Of a DNA stretch of 64,000 bases, positions 45,656-55,882 are shown piece by piece; within the stretch, counting starts at the first letter, position 1, and each line of letters starts with the position of its first letter. The translations under genes were made by a program, and so were the position numbers. The stretch comes from an uncultured Lachnospiraceae bacterium (GTDB lineage Bacteria; Bacillota; Clostridia; Lachnospirales; Lachnospiraceae): NCBI GenBank assembly GCA_910589265.1, contig CAJUTQ010000074.1:14353-78352 (forward strand), given 5' to 3'. The notes under the pieces were generated by a model. It saw only the letters and a program-made list of their open reading frames with translations. It did not search any database and was not told the DNA's origin.

Positions 45656-46750
45656 TTATTTCTGCAATCTATCATTATCATACATATCAAACCACATAGC
45701 CAATCCAGTACAAAAAAGGCTTGCAATAAACATTACTACAAATCCTTGATATGTTCCATCTGTGACCTTTGTACTTCGGAAGAATCTTGTAACTATATAA
45801 AAGAAAAAATAAAGACTCCCTCCAAAAGCTCCTGTCCCCATTAAATAAAAGAAAAATATTGGGTGGAAATCTTTAAAGCAATATTTTTTTATGATTCTTT
45901 TCCAAAATCCTAAATAGAGTAATAAACTTATCTTTGGAATTACTTTTATGATGTTCATTTTTGATTGTTCACCCACATTGTATACAGGTTTAATTGCTAT
46001 CTCTTTGATAGTACACTTTGCTATATTTAATTTAATTAACATATCATTCGGCATTCCATAGTTTTTATAAATATTATATATATCTATTCTATTTAAAGCC
46101 CTTAACGAAATAGCCGTATACCCTGTCTGTGTATCAGATATCCTCCAATAACCTGAAGAAATTTTTGTCATAGCTGATAAAATTGAGTTTCCTACCCTCC
46201 TTGTTGTAGGTATTAATATGCGAGCAGCTTTATGTCCCAATCGGTTCCCTTTTACATAATCAATATCTTCATTTATAATAGGATAACAAATATCATATAA
46301 TTCATCTGGATCCATTTGTGCATCCCCCGCCATAACAGCAGTACAAAAAACATTGTGATCCCTACACCATTTGTATCCTACAGAAATGCCCCCCCCCACT
46401 TTGGCATTCATCTCATTATTTATCAATACAATTCTATCTTTTAAATTATCATTTACTATCTCATGCTTAATGTAATACTTGTCTTCTTCATCTAAAAGTT
46501 TATTTGCAATTATCTCTGCTTTATTAAAAAAATTTTCTTCCATTTCTCTATTTTTCCATGGAAGTTCCAAAACTTCATAAGTATCTTTTTTTATATACTC
46601 TTTTACTATTTCTTCCGTTTTATCTTTTGAGCAATCATTTACAACAACAATTCTATCTACAAAATCAGGCATTGTTTTTATTACCACACCAATTAATGAT
46701 TCTTCATTATATGCTGGAACTACTACTGCAACTATTTTTCCATCAAGCAT
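45656..46750 (-). CDS. GT2 glycosyltransferase with two C-terminal TM helices (polyprenyl-phosphate glycosyltransferase-like)
   Basis: VAVVVPAYNEESLIGVVIKTM, IVVVNDCSKDKTEE and AGDAQMD, with C-terminal hydrophobic segments FFFYLMGTGAFGGSLYFFFYIV and FVVMFIASLFCTGLAMWF. Confidence 0.8.
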   Translation of the reverse strand: MLDGKIVAVVVPAYNEESLIGVVIKTMPDFVDRIVVVNDCSKDKTEEIVKEYIKKDTYEVLELPWKNREMEENFFNKAEIIANKLLDEEDKYYIKHEIVNDNLKDRIVLINNEMNAKVGGGISVGYKWCRDHNVFCTAVMAGDAQMDPDELYDICYPIINEDIDYVKGNRLGHKAARILIPTTRRVGNSILSAMTKISSGYWRISDTQTGYTAISLRALNRIDIYNIYKNYGMPNDMLIKLNIAKCTIKEIAIKPVYNVGEQSKMNIIKVIPKISLLLYLGFWKRIIKKYCFKDFHPIFFFYLMGTGAFGGSLYFFFYIVTRFFRSTKVTDGTYQGFVVMFIASLFCTGLAMWFDMYDNDRLQK

Positions 46751-46780
46751 ATATCTTTTCCTTTCTCCTACATTATTTTA

Positions 46781-47977
46781 CTATCCTTTATGACTATGCT
46801 TCCTCTTCAAACCTTTATATATTTTATGCAGCTTTGAATAAACATAAGGATTATAATCAGCAAGAAAGCACAATCTATAATATAATTTCTCAGCAAATGT
46901 TAAAGTTTTCTCATATTCTTTGACAATGCTTTTTAAGTCTTTATCATCATCTCTTAATAGCTCCATTAACTTTTTTTTATAACTATGTGAAGATATTTCA
47001 TGTTCTACTTTTCTATTTTCAACAGATTCTGCTTGTATCCTATTTCCCAAAGCCTTAACTATTCTTTCTCCTTTTTGATTAAATGTGCTAATCTGGGAAA
47101 GCCCCATCTTAAAATCATTTTTTTCTCCATAATCCATATAGCTCCATGCATCTTCTAAGCGGATATCTCCAAAGGATTTTGCTTTTAGATCGAGACATTC
47201 CAGACAATCTTTTCTCACTGCTCCATATGTGCTAAAGCATTTTCCAAACAAGTCAAATTGTTTCTGCTTAAAGTAATGCTTTCCTGACTGAAATTTTATT
47301 TCTATTCCCCAATTTAGCCAGTCTCTTCTCTTCGATCTCATATTTATCCATGTAATATTACTCTTATTTTCCTCTTTTTGATATTCTATATACTTATTTA
47401 GTAAGTTGTATCCAGCGGGGCCAAAACATTTAAAGTCAACAAGTATTAAATTCTCATGGTTTGGATATGCCTTACGAATAGCCTGGATTTGACAGGGTGT
47501 CCCAAACACCAATACCTTTTTATATTTTAATATTTTTGAAAAAGCTTCCACTGTATAACTGGGGACATATTTTGAACCACATATTTGCTTTATTTTATTT
47601 TTATCTGAGATAACAATATGCTCTACTACTCCATTAGAATTCATAGCAGCTCCCATTACCACATATTCATTTTCTACTGCCCACTTCGCAATTGCCGTTG
47701 CAATTCCCCCTGAAGAGCTAACTTTTCTTATTCGCTCATCTCTATAATATCCAACATAAATATGTTGTGCAAAACGACCTTCAGTCTCATTTTCATTCTG
47801 ATATTTTCTGCATACTTTGACACATTGTCCACAATGGATGCAGCTTCCTTTAACTACAGCCTCAAAATATCCATCCTTATCTAATTCCATGGAAATACAC
47901 TTTTTAGGGCATACACATGCACATATTCCGCATCCAATACAATTCTTTAAAGACTCTTTTTCTATATTATTGATCAT
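46781..47977 (-). CDS. FrhB/FdhB-like (coenzyme F420 hydrogenase beta-like) protein with an N-terminal 2x[4Fe-4S] ferredoxin domain
   Basis: CIGCGICACVCPKKC and CIHCGQCVKVC motifs. The family is commonly paired with polysaccharide pyruvyl transferases. Confidence 0.65.
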   Translation of the reverse strand: MINNIEKESLKNCIGCGICACVCPKKCISMELDKDGYFEAVVKGSCIHCGQCVKVCRKYQNENETEGRFAQHIYVGYYRDERIRKVSSSGGIATAIAKWAVENEYVVMGAAMNSNGVVEHIVISDKNKIKQICGSKYVPSYTVEAFSKILKYKKVLVFGTPCQIQAIRKAYPNHENLILVDFKCFGPAGYNLLNKYIEYQKEENKSNITWINMRSKRRDWLNWGIEIKFQSGKHYFKQKQFDLFGKCFSTYGAVRKDCLECLDLKAKSFGDIRLEDAWSYMDYGEKNDFKMGLSQISTFNQKGERIVKALGNRIQAESVENRKVEHEISSHSYKKKLMELLRDDDKDLKSIVKEYEKTLTFAEKLYYRLCFLADYNPYVYSKLHKIYKGLKRKHSHKG

Positions 47978-48645
47978 TTAATAATAACTCCTTGGCATGT
48001 TGGCAATTCTATCAAACGTATTTTATGCTTCTTACAAAATTTATCTACTGCTGCTTTCACTCCTTGACAAGAGGTTAGTCCATAATCTTCAATAAGAATA
48101 ATTCCATCTTTGATGCAATATTTATAAGCAAATTTCAAAGCTTCATATGTGCTATCATATAAATTTAAATGAATATGAATAAAACAAAAATAAGTATTTT
48201 CAGGCAATGTAGAAAATGACTTAGGTATAACACCCTGTATAAATTGACATAAAGGCTCATACTCCCTTAAATGTTCTTTTACCTTTTGAATTCCACCTGC
48301 AACGATATATTGTCCCTTTCTTTTTTCATTATCTTTTTTATACCCTGTACTTTTATATGGAGTACCTTTAAAAGTATCCAATAGAAATAAAATCTTATGT
48401 TTCTTATTTTTTTTCATTCTGTCTGCTATAAGATACGCCGATGCTCCTTTATATACACCCATTTCTATGCATTCTCCATCTTTTTGTAAAGCATAGTCAA
48501 GAAACTGGATTAAAGTCCATGCCCTGTCTTTTGAAATTCTTGTATTTGCTTTAAGGAGCAGTTCCTCAAATTTCTTTCCATTCCATGGCTTTCTTACCTT
48601 CTTTTCGTGATCTTTTATTTTATAAAATTTTACCCAATTCATCAT
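47974..48645 (-). CDS. TylF/MycF-like SAM-dependent O-methyltransferase
   Basis: GECIEMGVYKGASAYLIA, FLLDTFKGTP and IILIEDYG follow the macrocin-O-methyltransferase family pattern. Confidence 0.65.
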   Translation of the reverse strand: MMNWVKFYKIKDHEKKVRKPWNGKKFEELLLKANTRISKDRAWTLIQFLDYALQKDGECIEMGVYKGASAYLIADRMKKNKKHKILFLLDTFKGTPYKSTGYKKDNEKRKGQYIVAGGIQKVKEHLREYEPLCQFIQGVIPKSFSTLPENTYFCFIHIHLNLYDSTYEALKFAYKYCIKDGIILIEDYGLTSCQGVKAAVDKFCKKHKIRLIELPTCQGVIIK

Positions 48646-48660
48646 ATCTTATTTCTTCTC

Positions 48661-49605
48661 CTATTTGATATCTTTTAATCTTTTATAAACAGGTATTATA
48701 AATATAAGACTATATAAAAAGTATGTTAAAAATCCACTGAATCTGATTAATAAGGAAATCATAATTCCATCATTAAAATAATTTCCTGTATAATATGTGG
48801 CAGTACCAATAAGCACTTCTTTTACTCCTAGATTACCAGGTAAAAATGACACGATATCTGATAGATAGTCTATTCCAGTATAAATTAATATTAAAAAAAA
48901 ATTCATCTCGTTGCCCAACGCAGCATAAACACAAAACATTCTTAAAGAATGTATCATTTCACTTATAAAAGTAATAACAATTACCTTTAACAGAACTTTT
49001 CTATTTTCTATCAAAACTATAAATCCTTTAACAATAGGAAGGGTATACTTTTGAAAAGGCAATTTTGAAAAAACATATTCTCCATATTTCCTTGAAAAGA
49101 AAATAAATAAATTGATCAATATCACTAGTAAAATAGCAAAAATCCAAAGGATCCATGGAAACCGATTTTTCATTAATAATAAAAACAAAAGTCCTACTAA
49201 AATTTCCATGCTAACAGCATATAATCCTACCATAAATCCTCCTGCGGTTATGGAAGTAAAATAGCTTAAACTGACTCCACATTTTTTCTTATAATATCCA
49301 GCAGATAATGCCAATCCTCCTCGAAAAGGTAAAAAGTAGGATAAAAGATTCACAATAGCTTGCATCCCAAACCAATCTATTAAATCTATTTTTCCTCCCA
49401 TTTGTTCTACAGCAATCTTTCTATATCGAAATCCCCATAGAGGTGATAGCAAGGATAACCCCATGATTCCATATAAATACTCCGATTTCAAATATAAAAT
49501 TCTTATAAAATCATCTTTTTGTGCATATATATATTTTACTAATAAAACTGCTATCGTTATGAAAGCTGCAATACTAATTACTTTTATCCACTTGCTTTTA
49601 CTCAC
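48661..49605 (-). CDS. Polytopic membrane protein, flippase-like (MprF TM-region / UPF0104-like)
   Basis: 314 aa with about 8 TM segments. The architecture is similar to 4252-5040. Confidence 0.5.
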   Translation of the reverse strand: MSKSKWIKVISIAAFITIAVLLVKYIYAQKDDFIRILYLKSEYLYGIMGLSLLSPLWGFRYRKIAVEQMGGKIDLIDWFGMQAIVNLLSYFLPFRGGLALSAGYYKKKCGVSLSYFTSITAGGFMVGLYAVSMEILVGLLFLLLMKNRFPWILWIFAILLVILINLFIFFSRKYGEYVFSKLPFQKYTLPIVKGFIVLIENRKVLLKVIVITFISEMIHSLRMFCVYAALGNEMNFFLILIYTGIDYLSDIVSFLPGNLGVKEVLIGTATYYTGNYFNDGIMISLLIRFSGFLTYFLYSLIFIIPVYKRLKDIK

Positions 49606-49618
49606 AGTTACTTCTCCC

Positions 49619-50875
49619 CTATACCTTTGTAATTAAACTATGTGCCAACTTCACATTCCTTCTAGCATTTTCTATTACCTCAGGAAGTTTATGATTCATG
49701 CTCTGTCTTAAAGTTTCCCTGCAAATCCACAATTCCTCTAATAAACTGCATGCTTTAAAACAATTAACATCCTGATATTTCATTACATATTTTTCCATTC
49801 TGTTCCCTCCCACTTCCCTAAAAGCCTCTTGATATTTATGACTCCAAGCAACAGATAAAGAAGGAACTCCACTAGAAATTGCTCCTATTAAAAAATGATA
49901 TCGAGAACCCACTGCTATTTCAGCCTTTGAAATAATGCCTTTTATTTCATCTGATTTTACATTCGTCTCTGTAATGAAAACAGGTATCTTATTTGAAAGG
50001 CAAGATGCAATTTTTTTGCAAGTAGAAATATCATCTCTAATACTGTTTACACCAATATGCTTTGAATGCCCACGGCTATGGGGAACTAATATAATTGGTA
50101 GTTTACTTAAATCATATGCCTTTTCTACTAATGCTTTAAATAGCCCAATATATTTATCTTCTCCCATTAGCTCCTCTACAACTGTACTTGGCCCTACTGC
50201 AATATATCCAAACTCTAGAGATATTCCATATTTACTTCCAAACTTGTCCATGTTTAATTTTCTAGGCCTTAAACAGAATGCAACATCTGGCAGATTATAT
50301 ATTCTTTTATTAGGAAGTAAATTTTTGACATAATGGTAACTGATTTCTCCCCTTGCAATAATAATATCCATTTTTTCTAACATATATTTTGAGACTGTTC
50401 TTACTATTTTTGTTTCAAAAGGCCCCATAGACTGGCTTACTTTTATCATAGGCTTATCTAATATAATAGCAGGCAAAAACCACAAAGTATTTATTATTAA
50501 TCCCGATATACTTCTATCATCAGTAAATGAAATACCTGATAAATCTACAAGTATATCTGCTTCTTTATAAGCTTTTAGCCTTCCTATTGCAAGCCATTTA
50601 TAGGGCATATGAAATTTTTTTAGAGTTCCTCCTATACAATAGAAAAACATCCCATAAGTCAACTGATATAAAGTTGAGTAATTTACTATCTTCCAGCCTT
50701 GTTTAAGAGCCTCTTTTTTATCATCTTTAAAATACTTTGACAGAACAGTAACTTCCGTCTTTCCAAATAGCTTTTCATATTCCTTCACAAAAGACATATA
50801 TAATGCATGTCCCCCCAAATTACCACTTAATGTTGCCCCAGCTAACAAAATTTTATCTTTTTTCATTATTAACAA
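49619..50875 (-). CDS. Polysaccharide pyruvyl transferase family protein (WcaK/CsaB-like)
   Basis: 418 aa with N-terminal ILLAGATLSGNLGGHALYMS and a distal GSRYHFLIGAISSGVPSL block. It is adjacent to the FrhB-like gene. Confidence 0.6.
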   Translation of the reverse strand: MLIMKKDKILLAGATLSGNLGGHALYMSFVKEYEKLFGKTEVTVLSKYFKDDKKEALKQGWKIVNYSTLYQLTYGMFFYCIGGTLKKFHMPYKWLAIGRLKAYKEADILVDLSGISFTDDRSISGLIINTLWFLPAIILDKPMIKVSQSMGPFETKIVRTVSKYMLEKMDIIIARGEISYHYVKNLLPNKRIYNLPDVAFCLRPRKLNMDKFGSKYGISLEFGYIAVGPSTVVEELMGEDKYIGLFKALVEKAYDLSKLPIILVPHSRGHSKHIGVNSIRDDISTCKKIASCLSNKIPVFITETNVKSDEIKGIISKAEIAVGSRYHFLIGAISSGVPSLSVAWSHKYQEAFREVGGNRMEKYVMKYQDVNCFKACSLLEELWICRETLRQSMNHKLPEVIENARRNVKLAHSLITKV

Positions 50876-50935
50876 CCATGCCTTTCCTGTAACCTGTCAA
50901 CCTTGGCCACAGGTACAAATATGTCTGTAAAGTAT

Positions 50936-51502
50936 TTATTTTTCAAATTTTAATATAAGACAATGCCCAATATTAGGATGATTCCTTGCAAATCCATCCC
51001 AGGGTAAAAATCTTATTTCTCCATATACTTTTCCATACTTTTTAAGATCATTTGCGCAATATTGTTTAAAAATTCCTTCTTGTTGATCCCAGGTTCTCAA
51101 GCCAAACACTTTCTTTACTTTATCCCATGGTGATTTTCCATTGGGAACCAAAATGGTACATCTTCCTCCCTTTCTCAACACTCTTTTTACCTGGCTAACA
51201 AATACGGATAGATCAAAATATTGGCACACTGCCATAGCAAATACACTATCAAAACTCTCATCTGGAAAGGGCATGTCTATAGCATCTCCAATTACTTTTT
51301 TGGGATAATCCAATCTATTTAGAGCTTCTTGACTAATATCCATTACTGTCGTTTCTCCACCAAAATATGGCAAGTAAATGCCTAATCCCCCTCCTACATC
51401 AAGGACATCTCCCCTCATTTCTTTTGCCAAAGATTTTCGAAAATTAGATATCTCTGTCATATGGCGACTCTTATTAAAATTATCCATTTTTGTCCTCCTC
51501 AA
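50936..51502 (-). CDS. Class I SAM-dependent methyltransferase
   Basis: Motif I VLDVGGGLGIYLPYF and the post-I acidic residue. Confidence 0.75.
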   Translation of the reverse strand: MRRTKMDNFNKSRHMTEISNFRKSLAKEMRGDVLDVGGGLGIYLPYFGGETTVMDISQEALNRLDYPKKVIGDAIDMPFPDESFDSVFAMAVCQYFDLSVFVSQVKRVLRKGGRCTILVPNGKSPWDKVKKVFGLRTWDQQEGIFKQYCANDLKKYGKVYGEIRFLPWDGFARNHPNIGHCLILKFEK

Positions 51503-52322
51503 AAAAGGTTCCCAACTCTTTCATTGTTGGTATCCAGGCTCCCATTGAAATTGCTTCTTTTATAAATTGCTTATAAAATATAAGAACAGGATTATATTCT
51601 TCCTGTAAATAGCACTGATGGAAGTCTAGTACAAAAATACCTCCCCTTTTACATGTCTCCTCTAATAAAAGTAAAGTCTGACTTCTCGTCTCATTAAAAT
51701 TTCGGTGAAATACTTTATCCATAACGGATATCGGAAACTCTAACATTCCTTCTTTTGTATAATAAGGGCCTTGAAGTCCATCTCTCATTACAGCTTTCGT
51801 ACTACCAACTGTAGAATCATATTTTAATCCACATTTCTTTTGGTAACTCCATGTATTTTTATTCCAGTTTAGATGATGCTGCCGCACACTTACTACATCA
51901 TGCATTAAAATTGATTCCAATAACTTCTTTTCACTCTTTAACATTTCTTCATCTTGAAAAGAATAATAGGAACCATGTAACCCAACCTCCCATCCATTTC
52001 TGTCAAGTTCTTTTATTTGCTCCACAACAGCAGGAGTATCCATTTTATAACGTCCCCAAAAATTCAAATCTAACTCTTTGTGCTTTTCGTCCATAAAGAA
52101 AAATGTTGATCGCACTCCCAGAGATTCTTCTAATTCCATTATATCTTTAAAATTATTATATGGTTCTATTCCCTTACACCTCTTAAAAAGAGATTTTTTC
52201 TGATTAATCAGATCCCCCTTCAACCCATAATAGATATAATGATACCATTGTTTTTTTATTCTATCCACATCATGAGTTAGGCAAAGGGCAAACTTTCTTC
52301 CATCTTTCCATTTTATATTCAT
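51480..52322 (-). CDS. Polysaccharide deacetylase-like (CE4/NodB-fold) protein
   Basis: FALCLTHDVDRI, RSTFFFM and GWEVGLHGSYYS. Confidence 0.6.
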   Translation of the reverse strand: MNIKWKDGRKFALCLTHDVDRIKKQWYHYIYYGLKGDLINQKKSLFKRCKGIEPYNNFKDIMELEESLGVRSTFFFMDEKHKELDLNFWGRYKMDTPAVVEQIKELDRNGWEVGLHGSYYSFQDEEMLKSEKKLLESILMHDVVSVRQHHLNWNKNTWSYQKKCGLKYDSTVGSTKAVMRDGLQGPYYTKEGMLEFPISVMDKVFHRNFNETRSQTLLLLEETCKRGGIFVLDFHQCYLQEEYNPVLIFYKQFIKEAISMGAWIPTMKELGTFFEEDKNG

Positions 52323-53362
52323 TTTTCCTCTTTTTCCAACATAGAAATAAAATATTGGTTGATATCTATTTTATCCTTTAATAATATTTTTTGCTTTTGT
52401 TTCCCTGATTCTGTTAAGTCTTTCTTCTTTAAAAGTTCCAATGCTTTCTGAAGTCCTTGCTCATATCTGCCTTCATCTGGCTGGCTGAATACATACATCA
52501 AACCATATTTATCTTGAATCTCACTTGTGGATCCACATACAATAGAATTTAAACAAATTGCATGTATTCCCAATACTGCGGCTTCTGAAGACATCGTTGT
52601 ACTTTCTCCCATATATAGTTTTGAATAAGCTAATATATGGTGAATATCTTCATAATTACTTCTCAATTCATATTTTTTCAAATCTTCTGGTAATTCCTTT
52701 TCTGAAGAAATATATATTTTAACTACTTTTGATAGCTCTTCCACCATGTGGTGGAGCATTCTATCTGATATCCCTTTTTGTCCAAAATCATGGACAGCCT
52801 GCCATGCCACAAATCTAAGAATTATATAATCTTGTTCTGGATTCAATCCATTTTTTCTTACAATCTCTATATCTGGCACAAAATAATTAGGGTGTAAATA
52901 AAATAGTTCCTTATACGCATTTACTTTATCCTGCTTCTTTCCCAGATCCAATAAAAAAGAGCTAGATGTTATAATCTTATAAGAGAAGAGTTTACACAGA
53001 GTAAGAGAAAACTTGTCTCCCTCTGTATCTTCATATATAATATGTTTTTTATGACACAAAAAAGAAGCAACCGCCATCATAGGAGACGAGCGTCCAATAA
53101 AGTAATCTGGATGATATCTCATTCCAATAAAACTATATTTTATTGTCAACCATATAAACAAAAAAGCCTTTTCCAAAACACCCTTTCCAGTAGAATTGCT
53201 AACTAACTTATAGGGAATTCCAAAGGAGTCTAATAATTTTTTATCTCCATCTTTGTCTACAACTAGAACAAGCACATCGTGACCTTTATTTCTTAACCAA
53301 GTAATAATATATCGAAACTGATGTACCCAGGCTGGATGCTCTATAGATATTAAAATTTTCAT
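52319..53362 (-). CDS. DUF354-like GT-B-fold protein (epimerase/glycosyltransferase-like)
   Basis: MKILISIEHPAWVHQFRYIITWLRNKGHDVLVLV resembles DUF354 N-termini. 347 aa. Confidence 0.5.
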   Translation of the reverse strand: MKILISIEHPAWVHQFRYIITWLRNKGHDVLVLVVDKDGDKKLLDSFGIPYKLVSNSTGKGVLEKAFLFIWLTIKYSFIGMRYHPDYFIGRSSPMMAVASFLCHKKHIIYEDTEGDKFSLTLCKLFSYKIITSSSFLLDLGKKQDKVNAYKELFYLHPNYFVPDIEIVRKNGLNPEQDYIILRFVAWQAVHDFGQKGISDRMLHHMVEELSKVVKIYISSEKELPEDLKKYELRSNYEDIHHILAYSKLYMGESTTMSSEAAVLGIHAICLNSIVCGSTSEIQDKYGLMYVFSQPDEGRYEQGLQKALELLKKKDLTESGKQKQKILLKDKIDINQYFISMLEKEEK

Positions 53363-53392
53363 GTATACCTCTCTGAGGACAATGTTTAGCCA

Positions 53393-55276
53393 TTAATTCT
53401 CTTTCGATATCTGAACATCAAAAAGTTTTACCCATCTTCCTGCGCAAATAAGGCGCCAAGCTAAAAAATCTCCTCTTTTTATCTTTCCTTCATTTTTATC
53501 AAACCATTTTAAAATTTTGTCTCTTTCTATAAGTGGCTCCAAACTTTTACAGGCCTCTGATAGCTCTTTTCTGAAATATCTAAAATTTTGATTTATCCAT
53601 TGATCTTCTGGAGTGACAAATCCTAACTTACTGTATCTTAACCTGATTTTGTCTGGCAGAATTTTATTCAAACCATCTCTTAAAACTGCCTTAGTAATTC
53701 CATTGCGTATTTTATAAGTAATAGGAAGGGATAATAGATATTCCACTAATCGGTAATCAAGAAATGGGACTCTTGATTCAATTGAATGGGCCATGGAATC
53801 CCTATCCTCAAAGTGAAGTAAAGCAGACATTCCATATCGAATACTATCAAGTATATATTTCCTGTCATCTTTTACTGGGTAAATCTCTCTATTGTTCATA
53901 ACCCTTTCCAACAATTTCTCTGAAAAAGGTAATCCTAGATGGGAATATCTTGCTTTTTTGGCCAATCTTTTTTTTAATTTTTCAGGTATCATTAGTGGAA
54001 TAAGTGCTGCCAAAATAATTTGTTTATTAGATACATGAGTCTCTGTTCCTGCGCGAAGCCGAAGATAACTATCAATTTCCCTTTTTAATGATAGCAACTT
54101 TAACTTTTTTAAATAGTATGCAAACAATACACTATAAAATCCTGAGTAACCAGCCAGCTGTTCGTCTGCTCCCTGCCCATCCAGCATGACAGTTAGCCCT
54201 CTTTTCTTTGCACATTCGAAAACACTCCATTGAGCATAAATAGATGTGGAGCCAAAAGGCTCGTCCATATGCCAAATAATTTTATCTATTTTATTAAAAA
54301 GATTTTCTTCTGTTGGAAAAACCTTTATAGGCTTAACATTTGTATTTTTTATTACTTCATCAATATATTCCTGTTCATCATAATTTTTATCTTCAAAGCA
54401 AGAAGAAACAGAATATTGACAAACTTCTTTCTCTTTTAATAATCTGTCCGCCAAACATACAATGGAGGAACTATCCAATCCTCCTGATAAGCAGTAACCA
54501 ATAGGCACATCTGCTCTTAATCGAAGTTTCACAGAACTTTGAAAAGTATGTTGGAATTCTAAGCATGCCTGTCTATAATCTATTTTTTTTTGTTGGATTT
54601 TTTCTAAATCATAATATTTGTGTACATCTATTTTAAAAGAGCGTAGATCTAAAATTAAATTTTGGCCACCTAAAAGCTGTTTTACGTTGGAAAACATTGT
54701 TTCGTCTGTATAATCTTGATCCCCTAAAATTAAAAATTCCAATAACCGCTGGATATTTGCCTGGGGCTTCCCCCCTATTCCCTTTAAAATCTGCTTTATT
54801 TCTGATGCACATAAAAAAGAATTGTCATCGTGCCAATAATAAAACGGTTTTACTCCAAACCTGTCCCTAGAGCAAAATAAAATCTGTCTTTCTCTATCGT
54901 ACAAAACAAAAGACCACATTCCATTAAACTTATTTACACAAGATTCTTTATAATAATCATACATAGCAACCAATACTTCTGTATCCGTTTTTGTTCGAAA
55001 ACAATATCCCTTCTTTTCCAAACTCTCTTTCAATTCAATATAATTATATATTTCTCCATTAAATGACAAAATATATTTCTCTTTGTATATAAATGGTTGA
55101 TGTCCCAAAGGGCTTAAATCAATGATCGAAAGCCTTCTATGTCCTATTGCCAAGTTTCCTTCATAAAAAGTCCCTCTGTCGTCTGGTCCTCGATGCTCAA
55201 TAATATCTACCATTTCCTCAAAATCTTCTTTTAAAATTGTACCATGCCTTTTAAAGCAACATGCAATTCCGCACAT
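53393..55276 (-). CDS. Asparagine synthase (glutamine-hydrolysing)-like amidotransferase, copy 1
   Basis: MCGIAC, HRRLSIIDLS and the PP-loop CLSGGLDSSSIV. Confidence 0.85.
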   Translation of the reverse strand: MCGIACCFKRHGTILKEDFEEMVDIIEHRGPDDRGTFYEGNLAIGHRRLSIIDLSPLGHQPFIYKEKYILSFNGEIYNYIELKESLEKKGYCFRTKTDTEVLVAMYDYYKESCVNKFNGMWSFVLYDRERQILFCSRDRFGVKPFYYWHDDNSFLCASEIKQILKGIGGKPQANIQRLLEFLILGDQDYTDETMFSNVKQLLGGQNLILDLRSFKIDVHKYYDLEKIQQKKIDYRQACLEFQHTFQSSVKLRLRADVPIGYCLSGGLDSSSIVCLADRLLKEKEVCQYSVSSCFEDKNYDEQEYIDEVIKNTNVKPIKVFPTEENLFNKIDKIIWHMDEPFGSTSIYAQWSVFECAKKRGLTVMLDGQGADEQLAGYSGFYSVLFAYYLKKLKLLSLKREIDSYLRLRAGTETHVSNKQIILAALIPLMIPEKLKKRLAKKARYSHLGLPFSEKLLERVMNNREIYPVKDDRKYILDSIRYGMSALLHFEDRDSMAHSIESRVPFLDYRLVEYLLSLPITYKIRNGITKAVLRDGLNKILPDKIRLRYSKLGFVTPEDQWINQNFRYFRKELSEACKSLEPLIERDKILKWFDKNEGKIKRGDFLAWRLICAGRWVKLFDVQISKEN

Positions 55277-55314
55277 AAATGCTTCTCATTCCTCCTTCCA
55301 ACAACTTTGTAAAA

Positions 55315-55878
55315 TCACCTTTCTGTCAATTCCCCCTTTTCTAACACATAAGCTCGCTTACAATTACAACATTGATAAGAATTTCCAAGTTTTTCTCCAC
55401 ATTCACATATCCATCCTATTTGCCTGGCAGGAATACCTACCATTAACGCATAAGCTGGCACATTTCTTGAAACAACAGCACCAGAGGCAACCATAGCGTT
55501 CTTGCCAATGGTAATACCGCATACTATTGTAGCATTTGCCCCAATGGTTGCCCCTTGTTTTACAATTGTCGTCCTATATCCCTGTATCCCCTTTGGATAT
55601 TTGCTCCTAGGATTCAAATCATTGGTAAATACCATAGACGGTCCACAAAACACATCGTCTTCTATCTCAACCCCTTTATAAATAGACACATTGTTTTGTA
55701 CCTTTACTCCGTTTCCAATGATTACTCCATCTGCGACGTTTACGTTCTGGCCAAAGGTACAATTTTTACCAATTATTGCCCCCTTTTGAATATGACAAAA
55801 ATGCCATATTTTTGTTCCTTTTCCAATAACTACATCCTCATCTACATAGCTACTTTCATGTACAAAATAGTCTTTCAT
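55315..55878 (-). CDS. WbpD/WlbB-like left-handed beta-helix N-acetyltransferase (UDP-2-acetamido-3-amino-2,3-dideoxy-glucuronate N-acetyltransferase type)
   Basis: [61 protein letters not shown] and [10 protein letters not shown] closely track remembered WlbB/WbpD sequences. It has an extra Cys-rich C-terminal tail. Confidence 0.8.
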   Translation of the reverse strand: MKDYFVHESSYVDEDVVIGKGTKIWHFCHIQKGAIIGKNCTFGQNVNVADGVIIGNGVKVQNNVSIYKGVEIEDDVFCGPSMVFTNDLNPRSKYPKGIQGYRTTIVKQGATIGANATIVCGITIGKNAMVASGAVVSRNVPAYALMVGIPARQIGWICECGEKLGNSYQCCNCKRAYVLEKGELTER

Positions 55879-55882
55879 GTTC

